Assembly (NCBI GenBank): GCA_028291765.1
Contig: JAQGNR010000009.1
Location: forward strand, 3,223-67,222
Length of the DNA: 64,000 nucleotides
DNA from: Herbaspirillum sp.
GTDB lineage: Bacteria > Pseudomonadota > Gammaproteobacteria > Burkholderiales > Burkholderiaceae_D
Direction of reading: 5' to 3'
Made by a program: the position numbers and the translations under genes. This document shows positions 48,543 to 58,354 of the stretch, one piece after another; positions within the stretch are counted from its first letter, which is position 1, and each line of letters begins with the position of its first letter. The notes beneath the pieces are model-generated. The model did no database searches. It had not been told where the DNA came from and worked only from the letters and a program-made list of their open reading frames with translations.

Positions 48543-49514
48543 TTACTTTTCAGGTCTTTGCTTTTTGAATTGTCCAATCCGGCTATCGATGCCAACAACA
48601 ACAGCCCAAGAGAGTAACAAGGTCACAACAAATGATATGCAGAAAAATTCGAAAGAACGACCTTGATGGAAAAATAGAAGCACCCATGCACCCACTACCG
48701 TATGAAAAAGATAAACGGGATAGGATAGATCGCCAAGAATGCGATCCAGTTTTCCCGTCTTTTGCGAAGCAAAAGATATGACGACCCACGCTGAAAGCAG
48801 CGTTGAAAAATAAATGCCATATCCCCACGGCCACGGATCGTACCAACGCCAGATGAGACCATGAATTAACCATACAAGCACGCTCAGTATTGGCGCTTTG
48901 AATCTTTCAAGCACATCTCTATGATGAGAAACCAGGGATCCAAATGCGAACACCGCAAAGCAAGTTAAAAAGTAAGAGTAGCGAATCCCGAATGTATCGG
49001 AATGAAAGCCATATTGTGCACTCAACAAAAGACTCAAAACCAAACCCAACCAAGCTGCAGGCCGGCTAAAAGCCATCAAAGGTATCAATATGTAGACGCC
49101 GATTTCAACCGCCAATGCACCTGCCACCGGGACAAACATGCCGGCAACGGGAATAGGCAACAGAGTGACGTTGACAAACCATTCCAACCAGCCATGCGGC
49201 CTTACGAACTGCGGATTTAAGAACGCAGGATCAACCCCGTATCTGTGCAATATTACGACCGCCGCCGCCCCGCAGACACAGGCTATCCAGTAAATCGGAA
49301 AAATACGCAGAAAACGATTGTAGGCATAGTCCCGCAAACCATCTACTGTCGGCCCATATTTGTGACGTAGCACATGCGTCATCAGAAAGCCGCTCAGCAG
49401 ATAAAAACCCCAAACCGCGTATGCGGCAGGGCCTGGCAACATGCCTTCCCACAGATGCGAAATAACGACCAAAAATGCCAAAAAGAAACGCCAAGTCCCA
49501 AAACCAAGTTTCAT
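48543..49514 (-). CDS. Acyltransferase family 3 (membrane O-acyl/acetyltransferase)
   Basis: Contains FGTWRFFLAFLVVISHLW and about 10 hydrophobic segments. Confidence 0.8.
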   Translation of the reverse strand: MKLGFGTWRFFLAFLVVISHLWEGMLPGPAAYAVWGFYLLSGFLMTHVLRHKYGPTVDGLRDYAYNRFLRIFPIYWIACVCGAAAVVILHRYGVDPAFLNPQFVRPHGWLEWFVNVTLLPIPVAGMFVPVAGALAVEIGVYILIPLMAFSRPAAWLGLVLSLLLSAQYGFHSDTFGIRYSYFLTCFAVFAFGSLVSHHRDVLERFKAPILSVLVWLIHGLIWRWYDPWPWGYGIYFSTLLSAWVVISFASQKTGKLDRILGDLSYPVYLFHTVVGAWVLLFFHQGRSFEFFCISFVVTLLLSWAVVVGIDSRIGQFKKQRPEK

Positions 49515-49528
49515 GCTTATCCCAATTA

Positions 49529-52500
49529 TTATTGTCTTGCTCTAGTGTCATTACTCCAAAGCGTAAGCGGTCGTGCATGACGCTCACTGCTCAATCCAAG
49601 ATCGCTCAGAATGCCGTCAAGCGTATTCCAGGCAGCTTCCGCCCCCCAGGCTTCTCCCGCAAAAGCTATTCCCGCCTGACTTACCTCCGACCACAGTGAT
49701 TCGTCTTGATAGAGTCGGATGACCTCTTCAGCAAATGCGGCTGCGCCATCAGCGACCAGAATATTCCGACCTGATGTCAACGACATACCGTCGGCCGCAA
49801 GAGACGTAGCCACCGCTGGTAACCCGGCCGCCATTGACGATCCGATCTTGCCCTTGATGCCGGCACCGAAACGCAGCGGAGCGACAGCGACTCGCATCTG
49901 ATCGAGCAAGGATGATAGATCTTCTATAAACCCGGTAACAATGACATCTTCGCTCGCCAAAGCCGTAACTTGCACCGGCGCATTGCTTCCCACGGCATAA
50001 AAGCGTACTCCCGGCAATCTCTGACGAAGAATAGGCATAATTTCATTTGCGAAATATATTACGGCATCGACATTCGGCGTATGTTGATAGCCGCCGACAA
50101 ATACGATGTCCCGCCTATCTTTAAATGTCGTATTTGTCCCCTTCACCTCCATGATCAATGGAAATACATGGATCTTTTGGTCAGGTAACTCTTGCTGCAG
50201 AACATCACGCTCCGTCATGCTTACGACAATGCTTGTATCAACTGCACGAATTGCATCGAACTCCACCATCTTCATTGTTTCTGCGGCTTCCTGCTTCACC
50301 TTATCGTCAAACAAGTTCGCTTCCCTCGACATGCGAAGGTAATGTAAATCGACAGTATGAAATAACACTTTGGCTTGGGGCGAATAATGGCGTACCACCT
50401 CCAGATGATGATGAACAACCATGGGACGAAACATCAGGACCAGATCATAGCGCTGCCCAAAATCCTTCAAGTGCTGAGCAACTGACTCGCAATAGGGTGA
50501 GTAAAGCACTTCTATACCAGCGCGTTGCAGGTCCGGGGTAAATTCCGGCATGTACAAGAAATTATGCTCAGGGATAAAGGTCACCTGAAAATCCATTTCG
50601 CGCAGCAGCAACAGCATATTGAACGTAATAATCGATCCGGCATCCTGGTTGGGCGTCGGCGTGCAATGATCCAGCACCAGAACACGGCGCTTGGCCATGC
50701 GATCCTTGGCGTCATCGGCATCGACGCCATTTTCCTGGTGATTCGCCAGACGTGCCTGCCAACGTTGAAACTGCTTCTTCAGATTGGCAACTTGATATGC
50801 TTTAGCGCCCTGACCGGTATCTGTGCCGGATGTAATACCTTCGTAATGCACAACAACAGATAGTGGTTGATAAATGACACGATACCCATGCTCGCGAATT
50901 TTCAGCGCAAGATCGGAATCCTCGCAGTAAGCAGGGAGGTAATGCTCGTCAAACCCGCCCATCTCTTCAAACAAGGTTTTGGGTACCATGATGGATGCAC
51001 CCGAACAATAATCTACCTCGCGTGCATAGTTATACATCGGTGATAACTGGTCTTGATTCCGGCCGAAATTCCAGGCACTTCCGTCTTTCCAGATAATCCC
51101 GCCCGCTTCTTGCAGGCTACCGTCCGGATACACAAGCTTGGAACCTGCAAGCCCTGTCCCCGGAAAATCCTGAAAGGTCCTCACAAGCGCATCGAGCCAG
51201 CCTGGGCTTACTTCTGTGTCATTGTTGAAAAAGCACAAATATTGCCCTATGGCCGCCTTGGCGCCGATATTGCAGGATCGGATGAAACCTTGATTTTCCT
51301 GATTTGATATCAGCCGTATATGTTTTATTTCACGGAGAATATTGGCCGAGTCGTCCGGCGAACAATCATCGACAACGATAATCTCGAACGGAATGGCCGG
51401 TGGATTTGCGGCAATAGATGCCAGACAGCGAAGCGTATAGTTGCTCTTGCCATAGATGGGCACGATAACAGAGACAACAGGCGTCAGCGAAGTGCTGAGA
51501 TCGATAGGGTTAGCGGTAAGATCGTACTCCGAAAATGGCGTTCCGAAGACCGCCCTCTCCTGCAGCCTATGCCCTGAAATGTGCCCGAGACTTGTCAATA
51601 GGATACGGGGAGCAAATCTTTGCAAAAACTGCCGGTGAGCCGCCCTGGTCCGATCGCTTAAGGGCAATCGCATATACATTGTCCTGCCAGCACGAATCAA
51701 TACCTTGGCATACACCTTGGCTTGTATCCCTGGCTGTGACACCCAACGGCGTCCCTCTCGTAAAAAGAGTGTGGCCTTCCAGGAGTTACTTGACGTAATT
51801 CGGGAAATCTCATTTTGATGCTCTACCTTCAATTCGGCAATTTCTTGCTCAAGCTTCCTATATGCAAACTCTTTCTTCAATTCGGGGGTTGCATGTCCAA
51901 GCTTTTCCTGCAAATCGGCAAGTTGGCCATCTCTTTCCGCAACCACTCTTCTCCATTCCAGGATCAACTCGGAATCGTTGATCGGCTGATCCAATATTCC
52001 CGAAGCAAATGAAGGAAGCGCACCATCGGAAGCGACCGCAACCCAATATACCGGCTTGCTCATTCCCGCCGATTGATTGACAGCCCCACTCTCAGACGAA
52101 TAGCTCTGCAGGGGCGTCGCTGCCGACTCCGAAAAAATACAAGATCCGTAAACAATACGCTGACCAAAATAGGCAACATTTTCAAAATAATTTCCGACAA
52201 GTTGTTTGAATTCTTGCTCAAACAATTCCTTGACGTGATACGGATTGCTATAGTTTGGATCAATAGAATAATGCTGCTTATCGGGACTGGAAATTATCAC
52301 CACACCGCCCGGACGCAAGACACGCTTGAATTCCTGCATCATCTTTTCGTGCTCATCATGATGTTCGATAGTCTCGAAACTCACGATCATATCCACACTC
52401 GCATCCGGTAATGGTATGGCAGCACAACTACCTGCCAAGAATGAAAGATTGTCTTTTTTATAGCGGCGCTTGGCGTGCTCAACCGCTTCTTCAGAGATAT

Positions 52501-52702
52501 CGACACCAATTACTTTCAGCGCTTTGTCGGCTAGCATGGCCGAGCCGTAACCTTCACCACTGGCGATATCAAGTACCGTTTTTCCCTCGGCAATTTCACA
52601 AGCCTGCAAATAGCGATGCAAATGTTCAAGCACAATATTGCCTTGCTCTTCGGGTACAAAACGTTCGCCCGTAAACGCCATACTGTCTAATTCATTCTTC
52701 AC
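49529..52702 (-). CDS. Multidomain O-polysaccharide enzyme: N-terminal SAM methyltransferase, coiled coil, GT2, then C-terminal GT4-like domain
   Basis: Contains FTGERFVPE...VLDIASGEGYGSAMLA; a heptad-like segment ERDGQLADLQEKLGHATPELKKEFAYRKLEQEIAELKVEHQNEI; VSVIVPIYGKSNYTLRCLASI...IVVDDCSPDDS; and the C-terminal FVGGYQHTPNVDA...APLRFGAGIKGKIGSSMAAGLPAVAT. GTG 52702 overlaps the wzt stop; the alternative is ATG 52681. Confidence 0.8.
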   Translation of the reverse strand: MKNELDSMAFTGERFVPEEQGNIVLEHLHRYLQACEIAEGKTVLDIASGEGYGSAMLADKALKVIGVDISEEAVEHAKRRYKKDNLSFLAGSCAAIPLPDASVDMIVSFETIEHHDEHEKMMQEFKRVLRPGGVVIISSPDKQHYSIDPNYSNPYHVKELFEQEFKQLVGNYFENVAYFGQRIVYGSCIFSESAATPLQSYSSESGAVNQSAGMSKPVYWVAVASDGALPSFASGILDQPINDSELILEWRRVVAERDGQLADLQEKLGHATPELKKEFAYRKLEQEIAELKVEHQNEISRITSSNSWKATLFLREGRRWVSQPGIQAKVYAKVLIRAGRTMYMRLPLSDRTRAAHRQFLQRFAPRILLTSLGHISGHRLQERAVFGTPFSEYDLTANPIDLSTSLTPVVSVIVPIYGKSNYTLRCLASIAANPPAIPFEIIVVDDCSPDDSANILREIKHIRLISNQENQGFIRSCNIGAKAAIGQYLCFFNNDTEVSPGWLDALVRTFQDFPGTGLAGSKLVYPDGSLQEAGGIIWKDGSAWNFGRNQDQLSPMYNYAREVDYCSGASIMVPKTLFEEMGGFDEHYLPAYCEDSDLALKIREHGYRVIYQPLSVVVHYEGITSGTDTGQGAKAYQVANLKKQFQRWQARLANHQENGVDADDAKDRMAKRRVLVLDHCTPTPNQDAGSIITFNMLLLLREMDFQVTFIPEHNFLYMPEFTPDLQRAGIEVLYSPYCESVAQHLKDFGQRYDLVLMFRPMVVHHHLEVVRHYSPQAKVLFHTVDLHYLRMSREANLFDDKVKQEAAETMKMVEFDAIRAVDTSIVVSMTERDVLQQELPDQKIHVFPLIMEVKGTNTTFKDRRDIVFVGGYQHTPNVDAVIYFANEIMPILRQRLPGVRFYAVGSNAPVQVTALASEDVIVTGFIEDLSSLLDQMRVAVAPLRFGAGIKGKIGSSMAAGLPAVATSLAADGMSLTSGRNILVADGAAAFAEEVIRLYQDESLWSEVSQAGIAFAGEAWGAEAAWNTLDGILSDLGLSSERHARPLTLWSNDTRARQ

Positions 52703-54123
52703 GGCTCATTCCTTACTACTTCAAGTTTTATTCGATGCATCGGTATGCCAATAAGTCCCGTAGCCGAATTGCTCGACTCCGACTTGAACATCAAGGCATC
52801 GGAAATCCAGTGATGCTGAATATGCTGATCTTGTGTTCCACTTGCAATTGCGACACTCACACTGTAATCGCCCACAGGAATGATTGGCATCGTAAATGTA
52901 AATCTGGCCTGTACTTCATCTCCCTCGGCACCCAATATTTGCTCATCCATATAGCTGAGATAGGTATTGTCGCCAAACAGGGTTTGGCCTAGCCGATCTT
53001 TGACTGTAAAGCCAATAATTATCCCATCCATCGGTGCGCGCACGATGGCCTCTATCGCCAGAGTGACTACTTCACCGCCGACGACCCATGAAAATGGAAC
53101 GTCATCTTCATCCAGAAATTCAACTGACGTAATTTGCGCACCGCCTTTGCCGAATGACCCAGCCTCCGGCTCAAATCTAAAAATTTGCAAATCATTACGT
53201 AAATTGCTGGCGTTGATAAATGGCAGACGCTGATCTCTTTGAAGACGATCGGTCTTCTGATTCTTGTCTAATTTAAGTCTGGTGGTGCTGCTCTTACCCT
53301 GCTGTGCTTCGTAAAAAGCTTCCAGATACGCCTCGCACACATCTTTAGGGCTACCCTCCTGTAACACTTCGCCTTTTTCCAGCCAGATCACATGATTGCA
53401 GAGACTTTTTATAGCGCTCGTATCATGGCTGACAAAAAGCACGGTTCCCGTCTCCATGAATGACCGCAAGAATCGCATACATTTTTGCGTAAAAAATGCA
53501 TCCCCAACCGCCAGCGCTTCATCAATCACGAGAATGTCCGCATCGACATGCGCGATAACAGCAAAAGCAAGACGCACCATCATGCCGCTGGAATAAGTTT
53601 TTACCGGCTGGTCGATAAAATCGCCGATGTCCGCAAACGCTTCAATTTCAGCAAATTTCGCTGAGGTCTGCTCGCGCGTCAAGCCTAAAACGCCCGCATT
53701 CATAAAGACGTTTTCCCTGCCGGTGAACTCGGGATTAAAACCCGATCCAAGCTCCAATAGCGCGGCAACACGACCATTGATTTCAATCTGGCCCCCGCTT
53801 GGATAAAGCGTTCCGCAGATGATTTGCAGCAATGTCGATTTACCCGAACCATTACGCCCGATAATGCCGACGCTGCCGCCCTTCTTGATCTCGAATGAAA
53901 TATCCCTCAAAGCCCAGAATTCACGAAAATACTGTTTGGATGGCCTTCCGCTCAAACGCTGCAGGCGAGGTGCTGCAAACTGCTTGAGCCGGTCATGCGG
54001 CTTGTCGTAAATCTGGTAACACTTGCTGAGCTTACTCACACGAATTGCGATGGCATCGCCATGATCCTGACTGCTCACTTCTGTCACTTTATTGGCGGAC
54101 GCATCAATTTCATTAGAGGACAT
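52699..54123 (-). CDS. wzt: O-antigen ABC transporter ATP-binding protein with a C-terminal carbohydrate-binding extension
   Basis: Contains Walker A GRNGSGKST, signature YSSGMMVRLAFA and Walker B ILVIDEALAVGD. A beta-rich C-terminal domain of about 200 aa follows (GAQITSVEFLDEDD...GFTVKDRLGQTLFGDNT...GDYSVSVAIA). The start is taken at ATG 54123. Confidence 0.9.
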   Translation of the reverse strand: MSSNEIDASANKVTEVSSQDHGDAIAIRVSKLSKCYQIYDKPHDRLKQFAAPRLQRLSGRPSKQYFREFWALRDISFEIKKGGSVGIIGRNGSGKSTLLQIICGTLYPSGGQIEINGRVAALLELGSGFNPEFTGRENVFMNAGVLGLTREQTSAKFAEIEAFADIGDFIDQPVKTYSSGMMVRLAFAVIAHVDADILVIDEALAVGDAFFTQKCMRFLRSFMETGTVLFVSHDTSAIKSLCNHVIWLEKGEVLQEGSPKDVCEAYLEAFYEAQQGKSSTTRLKLDKNQKTDRLQRDQRLPFINASNLRNDLQIFRFEPEAGSFGKGGAQITSVEFLDEDDVPFSWVVGGEVVTLAIEAIVRAPMDGIIIGFTVKDRLGQTLFGDNTYLSYMDEQILGAEGDEVQARFTFTMPIIPVGDYSVSVAIASGTQDQHIQHHWISDALMFKSESSNSATGLIGIPMHRIKLEVVRNEP

Positions 54124-54940
54124 CCGCAAAACCCTTCTTGGTCTTCTGAAACCAGGCAAAACCGGACCAAGCGATAACTACAGCGACGATTGTATAAATA
54201 CCCAAGCCTATCCAATTCGGCAGATGCCCCCAAATAAGAACTTCGCGGGCTTGCTCGATAATGAAAGTCAGCGGATTCGCCATAATCCACACACGGAATC
54301 GTTCCGGCACGGCACTCACCGGATAAAAAACTGGCGAGAGAAACATCAATACAGTCGTGATAATCGTAATTGTCTGACCGACATCCCGCAAAAAGACGCC
54401 TAGAGAGGCCAGCATCCAGGAAATACCGGTGATAAGGATAACGAGGGGTAATAAGACGAATGGAATCAAAATCACCGTCCAATTCAAATAGCCATTGAAA
54501 AGCACAAAAGCCGCCAACAATACACTCATGCTGATAAGACTGTGAAACAGTGCTGCGCCGATCGCAACTATCGGCAATATTTCAATCGGGAAAACGACTT
54601 TCTTGACGTAATTGGCATTACCGAGAATCAAACTGGGAGACCGATTGAGGACCTCTGCAAACAGGCTCTGCACAATTAGACCGGCAAATAGCAGGACCGC
54701 GAATTGCGTTTTGCTTTCACTCGCGCCCGCCCAGCGGGATTTGAAAATTTCGGAAAAAACAAACGTATAAACAGTCAACATGAAGACTGGGTTGAAGAAT
54801 GACCATGCAAGTCCTAGTACAGACCCTTTATAACGGCCGACGACTTCACGACGAGCCATCTGAAAAATCAGTTGCCGATTGCGCCACAGACTCTTTGCAA
54901 GTGCCTGCAAAGTGGCGGGCTGTGCTGCATGAGGATTCAT
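54113..54940 (-). CDS. wzm: O-antigen ABC transporter permease (ABC-2 type)
   Basis: Contains LWRNRQLIFQMARREVVGRYKGSVLGLAWSFFNP and six hydrophobic segments. Confidence 0.88.
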   Translation of the reverse strand: MNPHAAQPATLQALAKSLWRNRQLIFQMARREVVGRYKGSVLGLAWSFFNPVFMLTVYTFVFSEIFKSRWAGASESKTQFAVLLFAGLIVQSLFAEVLNRSPSLILGNANYVKKVVFPIEILPIVAIGAALFHSLISMSVLLAAFVLFNGYLNWTVILIPFVLLPLVILITGISWMLASLGVFLRDVGQTITIITTVLMFLSPVFYPVSAVPERFRVWIMANPLTFIIEQAREVLIWGHLPNWIGLGIYTIVAVVIAWSGFAWFQKTKKGFADVL

Positions 54941-55482
54941 GGAAAGACTTCAGCATCTGCAAGCAATTTACCGACCTGATCCTTTCCCGACAACACGGGC
55001 GTGCCGTTCATCGGCCATTCAATGCCAATTGCAGGATCATTCCAAAGAATAGTGCGCTCATATTCCGGCGCCCAATAATCGGTAGTTTTATAAAGAAATT
55101 CAGCGGATTCGCTGGTGACCAGAAAGCCATGGGCAAAGCCTGGTGGCACCCACAGTTGCCGTTTGTTTTCGGCTGATAAAACGACACCGGTCCACCCACC
55201 GAAAGTGGGGGAGCTTTTTCTGATGTCTACAACAATGTCAAATACTTCTCCGGCAATGACACGCACCAACTTTCCTTGTGGTTGCTTGATCTGGTAATGG
55301 AGTCCGCGCAGTACATTCTTCGCTGACTTGGAATGGTTATCCTGAACAAACCGGGAAGTTACTCCGCTCAGTTCAGTGAAACGACGTTCATTGAAACTTT
55401 CATAGAAGAATCCGCGGTCGTCGCCAAATACCTTGGGCTCGAAAATCAATACTTCAGGAATATCGGCAGCTTCTACTCGCAT
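54937..55482 (-). CDS. rmlC: dTDP-4-dehydrorhamnose 3,5-epimerase
   Basis: Contains FEPKVFGDDRGFFYESF, RGLHYQ and PPGFAHGF. Confidence 0.9.
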   Translation of the reverse strand: MRVEAADIPEVLIFEPKVFGDDRGFFYESFNERRFTELSGVTSRFVQDNHSKSAKNVLRGLHYQIKQPQGKLVRVIAGEVFDIVVDIRKSSPTFGGWTGVVLSAENKRQLWVPPGFAHGFLVTSESAEFLYKTTDYWAPEYERTILWNDPAIGIEWPMNGTPVLSGKDQVGKLLADAEVFP

Positions 55483-55484
55483 TT

Positions 55485-56369
55485 TTAATACACCTTATCT
55501 TTTAACAATTGCCTCAGATAGCGGCCATAACCGTTCTTCTCCAAAGGCCGCGCCAACGCATCGAGTTGCTCTGCGGTGATATAAGCTTTGCGATAGGCTA
55601 TTTCTTCCGGACAGGCAACTTTCAAACCTTGACGTTTCTCAATCGTTGCAATGAATTGACCCGCTTCCAATAAAGAGTCATGCGTACCGGTATCAAGCCA
55701 TGCCATACCGCGCCCCATTACTTCGACAGTCAGCTGGTTGCTCTCAAGGTAGGCACGATTGACATCCGTGATCTCAAGTTCGCCGCGCGATGACGGCTTA
55801 ATGCCTGCAGCAATATCGCATACGCTTTGATCGTAAAAATATAACCCCGTAACGGCATAGTTGGATTTTGGCTGTTGCGGCTTTTCTTCGATACTGACCG
55901 CATTGCGTTGGCGGTCAAACTCAACGACACCGTAACGCTCCGGATCATGCACATGATAGGCAAACACGGTTGCACCCGAGGTACGAGCCGAGGCGACACG
56001 CAATTGACTCTCAAAATCGTGGCCGTAATAAATGTTATCTCCAAGGATGAGCGCCGACAATGCGTCACCGATGAAGTCCCGTCCGATAATAAATGCCTGC
56101 GCCAACCCGTCGGGCGTCGGCTGTATCGCATAAGTTAATTGCAGACCCCACTGGCTGCCATCGCCGAGTAGTTCCTTAAAAAGCGGCGTGTCATGCGGTG
56201 TGGAAATGATCAGAATTTCTCGAATACCCGCCAGCATCAATGTCGTCAGCGGATAGTAAATCATCGGCTTGTCATAGACAGGCAACAACTGTTTCGATAC
56301 GGCCTGCGTGACCGGATATAGCCTGGTTCCAGAACCGCCCGCCAGAATAATGCCCTTGCGCTGCTTCAT
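55485..56369 (-). CDS. rmlA: Glucose-1-phosphate thymidylyltransferase
   Basis: Contains [21 protein letters not shown].... The alternative ATG 56378 forms an ATGA overlap with the rmlB stop. Confidence 0.92.
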   Translation of the reverse strand: MKQRKGIILAGGSGTRLYPVTQAVSKQLLPVYDKPMIYYPLTTLMLAGIREILIISTPHDTPLFKELLGDGSQWGLQLTYAIQPTPDGLAQAFIIGRDFIGDALSALILGDNIYYGHDFESQLRVASARTSGATVFAYHVHDPERYGVVEFDRQRNAVSIEEKPQQPKSNYAVTGLYFYDQSVCDIAAGIKPSSRGELEITDVNRAYLESNQLTVEVMGRGMAWLDTGTHDSLLEAGQFIATIEKRQGLKVACPEEIAYRKAYITAEQLDALARPLEKNGYGRYLRQLLKDKVY

Positions 56370-56374
56370 TGCAT

Positions 56375-57454
56375 TCATGCTTTTCCTTTTACGGCCTTGC
56401 GCTGCTCGTAATTCTTCTCCACCCATTTCAGATAATCGCCGGACTGGATATTACTGACCCAATCCTGATTATCCAGATACCAGCGCACAGTCTTCTTAAT
56501 CCCAGTTTCAAAAGTTTCAGCCGGCTTCCATCCCAGCTCCCGCTCAATCTTTCGCGCATCAATCGCATACCGCCGATCATGCCCCGGCCGATCCGTCACA
56601 TAAGTAATCTGATCGCGATAACTGCCGGAAGCCTTCGGCTCCAATCCATCCAGCATGTCGCACAACAAATGCACCACATCGATATTGGCCATCTCATTCC
56701 AGCCACCGACGTTATAAACCTCGCCCAAGCGTCCAGCTTCCAGCACCCGCCGAATAGCAGCGCAATGATCGCCGACATACAGCCAGTCGCGCACCTGCCG
56801 GCCATCGCCGTAAATCGGCAAAGGCTTGCCGGCGCGGGCATTGGCGATAATCAGCGGGATCAGTTTTTCCGGGAAATGATAAGGACCATAGTTATTAGAA
56901 CAATTGGTCGTCAGCGTCGGAAAGCCATAAGTATGGTGATACGAGCGAACCAGATGATCGGAAGCAGCCTTGGATGCCGAATAGGGGCTGTTCGGCGCAT
57001 ATGCCGTAGTTTCAGTAAACGGCGCGTCATCCGGCCCCAACGTTCCATAAACCTCATCGGTGGAAACATGCAGAAAACGAAAAGCGGTCTTTTCTGCATC
57101 GGGCAATGCGCCCCAGTAAGAACGCGCGGCCTCCAGCAAGCTGAATGTACCGTTGATATTAGTTTCGATAAACGCGGCCGGCCCATGAATCGAGCGATCG
57201 ACATGGCTTTCAGCAGCAAAATGCACAATGGCGCGAGGTTTGTGTTCGGCCAGCAAAGCGGCAACCTGAGCACCATCGCAAATATCACCGCGCACAAACA
57301 AATGACGTGGATCACCGTCCAACGCAGCCAGGTTATTCAGATTGCCGGCGTAAGTCAGCTTGTCAAAATTAAGCACCGGCTCATCGCTCTGCGCAAGCCA
57401 GTCAAGTACAAAATTCGAACCGATAAAACCGGCGCCGCCAGTGACAAAAATCAT
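56375..57454 (-). CDS. rmlB: dTDP-glucose 4,6-dehydratase
   Basis: Contains [25 protein letters not shown] and [11 protein letters not shown]. Confidence 0.92.
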   Translation of the reverse strand: MIFVTGGAGFIGSNFVLDWLAQSDEPVLNFDKLTYAGNLNNLAALDGDPRHLFVRGDICDGAQVAALLAEHKPRAIVHFAAESHVDRSIHGPAAFIETNINGTFSLLEAARSYWGALPDAEKTAFRFLHVSTDEVYGTLGPDDAPFTETTAYAPNSPYSASKAASDHLVRSYHHTYGFPTLTTNCSNNYGPYHFPEKLIPLIIANARAGKPLPIYGDGRQVRDWLYVGDHCAAIRRVLEAGRLGEVYNVGGWNEMANIDVVHLLCDMLDGLEPKASGSYRDQITYVTDRPGHDRRYAIDARKIERELGWKPAETFETGIKKTVRWYLDNQDWVSNIQSGDYLKWVEKNYEQRKAVKGKA

Positions 57455-57541
57455 CCGGTTACCTAAATATTATAAAAAAACGACACTATAGGCCATTTTA
57501 TCGATAAATCTTACCCGCAACCGAATGAATTTGATCCGAAT

Positions 57542-58351
57542 CTACTTTTCCACCCTCATCCCCAACAAATCACCGATAACGGACCTCAGATCGATTTCCT
57601 TGTTTCCGACAAGGATGTTTTCCCAGGAAGCGGCACTGCGGACGGTCGCCGGCAGTACGGGAAAATCACGATTAGCAATTTGCCATTGCGCAATTGTCCC
57701 TATATCACGGTGGTAAGTATTATTGGCAAAGGTAAAAATGCGCCCCATCAGCCCGGGAATGACCTGCGTACTCAAGTCGATTTCGCTGGCGCCAATCGCC
57801 TGCATCGAGGCCATCACCGCCGGCTCAAAAATGTAGACCGCCGCATTGGCAAAATTACCCGGCGGGTTCGCCACTTTCTCATGGAATGCAATCACAACAC
57901 CCTGCGCATCCAATTCCAGTATGCCGCACGATTTCGGATCGTCCGTTTCGAAGGTCATCATTGTCATCACGGTCGATTTCGGCCGGCTCAGATGACACGC
58001 CACAAAATGCCGCACATTGAACAAGGTCAGATTATCGGCATGCGCGACGATAAACGGCTCGCCCCCGAAAAAATCACTGTTGCCAATCACGGTGCCGCCG
58101 GTACCGAGCAGACGTTCCTCATAAACCATCGTCACATAGTCCGCCCAAGCGCAGTCTTCGACAAAACGCCTGACCATCGGCGCCAGATAATGTGTATTAA
58201 GCAATATCTCGGTAACACCGCCGGTGACCAGCGCTTCCAGCCAATAATCCAGCAAAGGCCGGCCGTGTATCGGCACCAGGCACTTCGGCAAATGATTGGT
58301 CAAAGGTTGCAAGCGCGTGCCGAATCCGGCTGCCAACAACAGCGCGCGCAT
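57542..58351 (-). CDS. Sugar-1-phosphate nucleotidyltransferase (HddC/mannose-1-P guanylyltransferase-like)
   Basis: Contains MRALLLAAGFGTRLQPLT and an NTP_transferase fold pattern. Confidence 0.75.
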   Translation of the reverse strand: MRALLLAAGFGTRLQPLTNHLPKCLVPIHGRPLLDYWLEALVTGGVTEILLNTHYLAPMVRRFVEDCAWADYVTMVYEERLLGTGGTVIGNSDFFGGEPFIVAHADNLTLFNVRHFVACHLSRPKSTVMTMMTFETDDPKSCGILELDAQGVVIAFHEKVANPPGNFANAAVYIFEPAVMASMQAIGASEIDLSTQVIPGLMGRIFTFANNTYHRDIGTIAQWQIANRDFPVLPATVRSAASWENILVGNKEIDLRSVIGDLLGMRVEK

Positions 58352-58354
58352 TCT

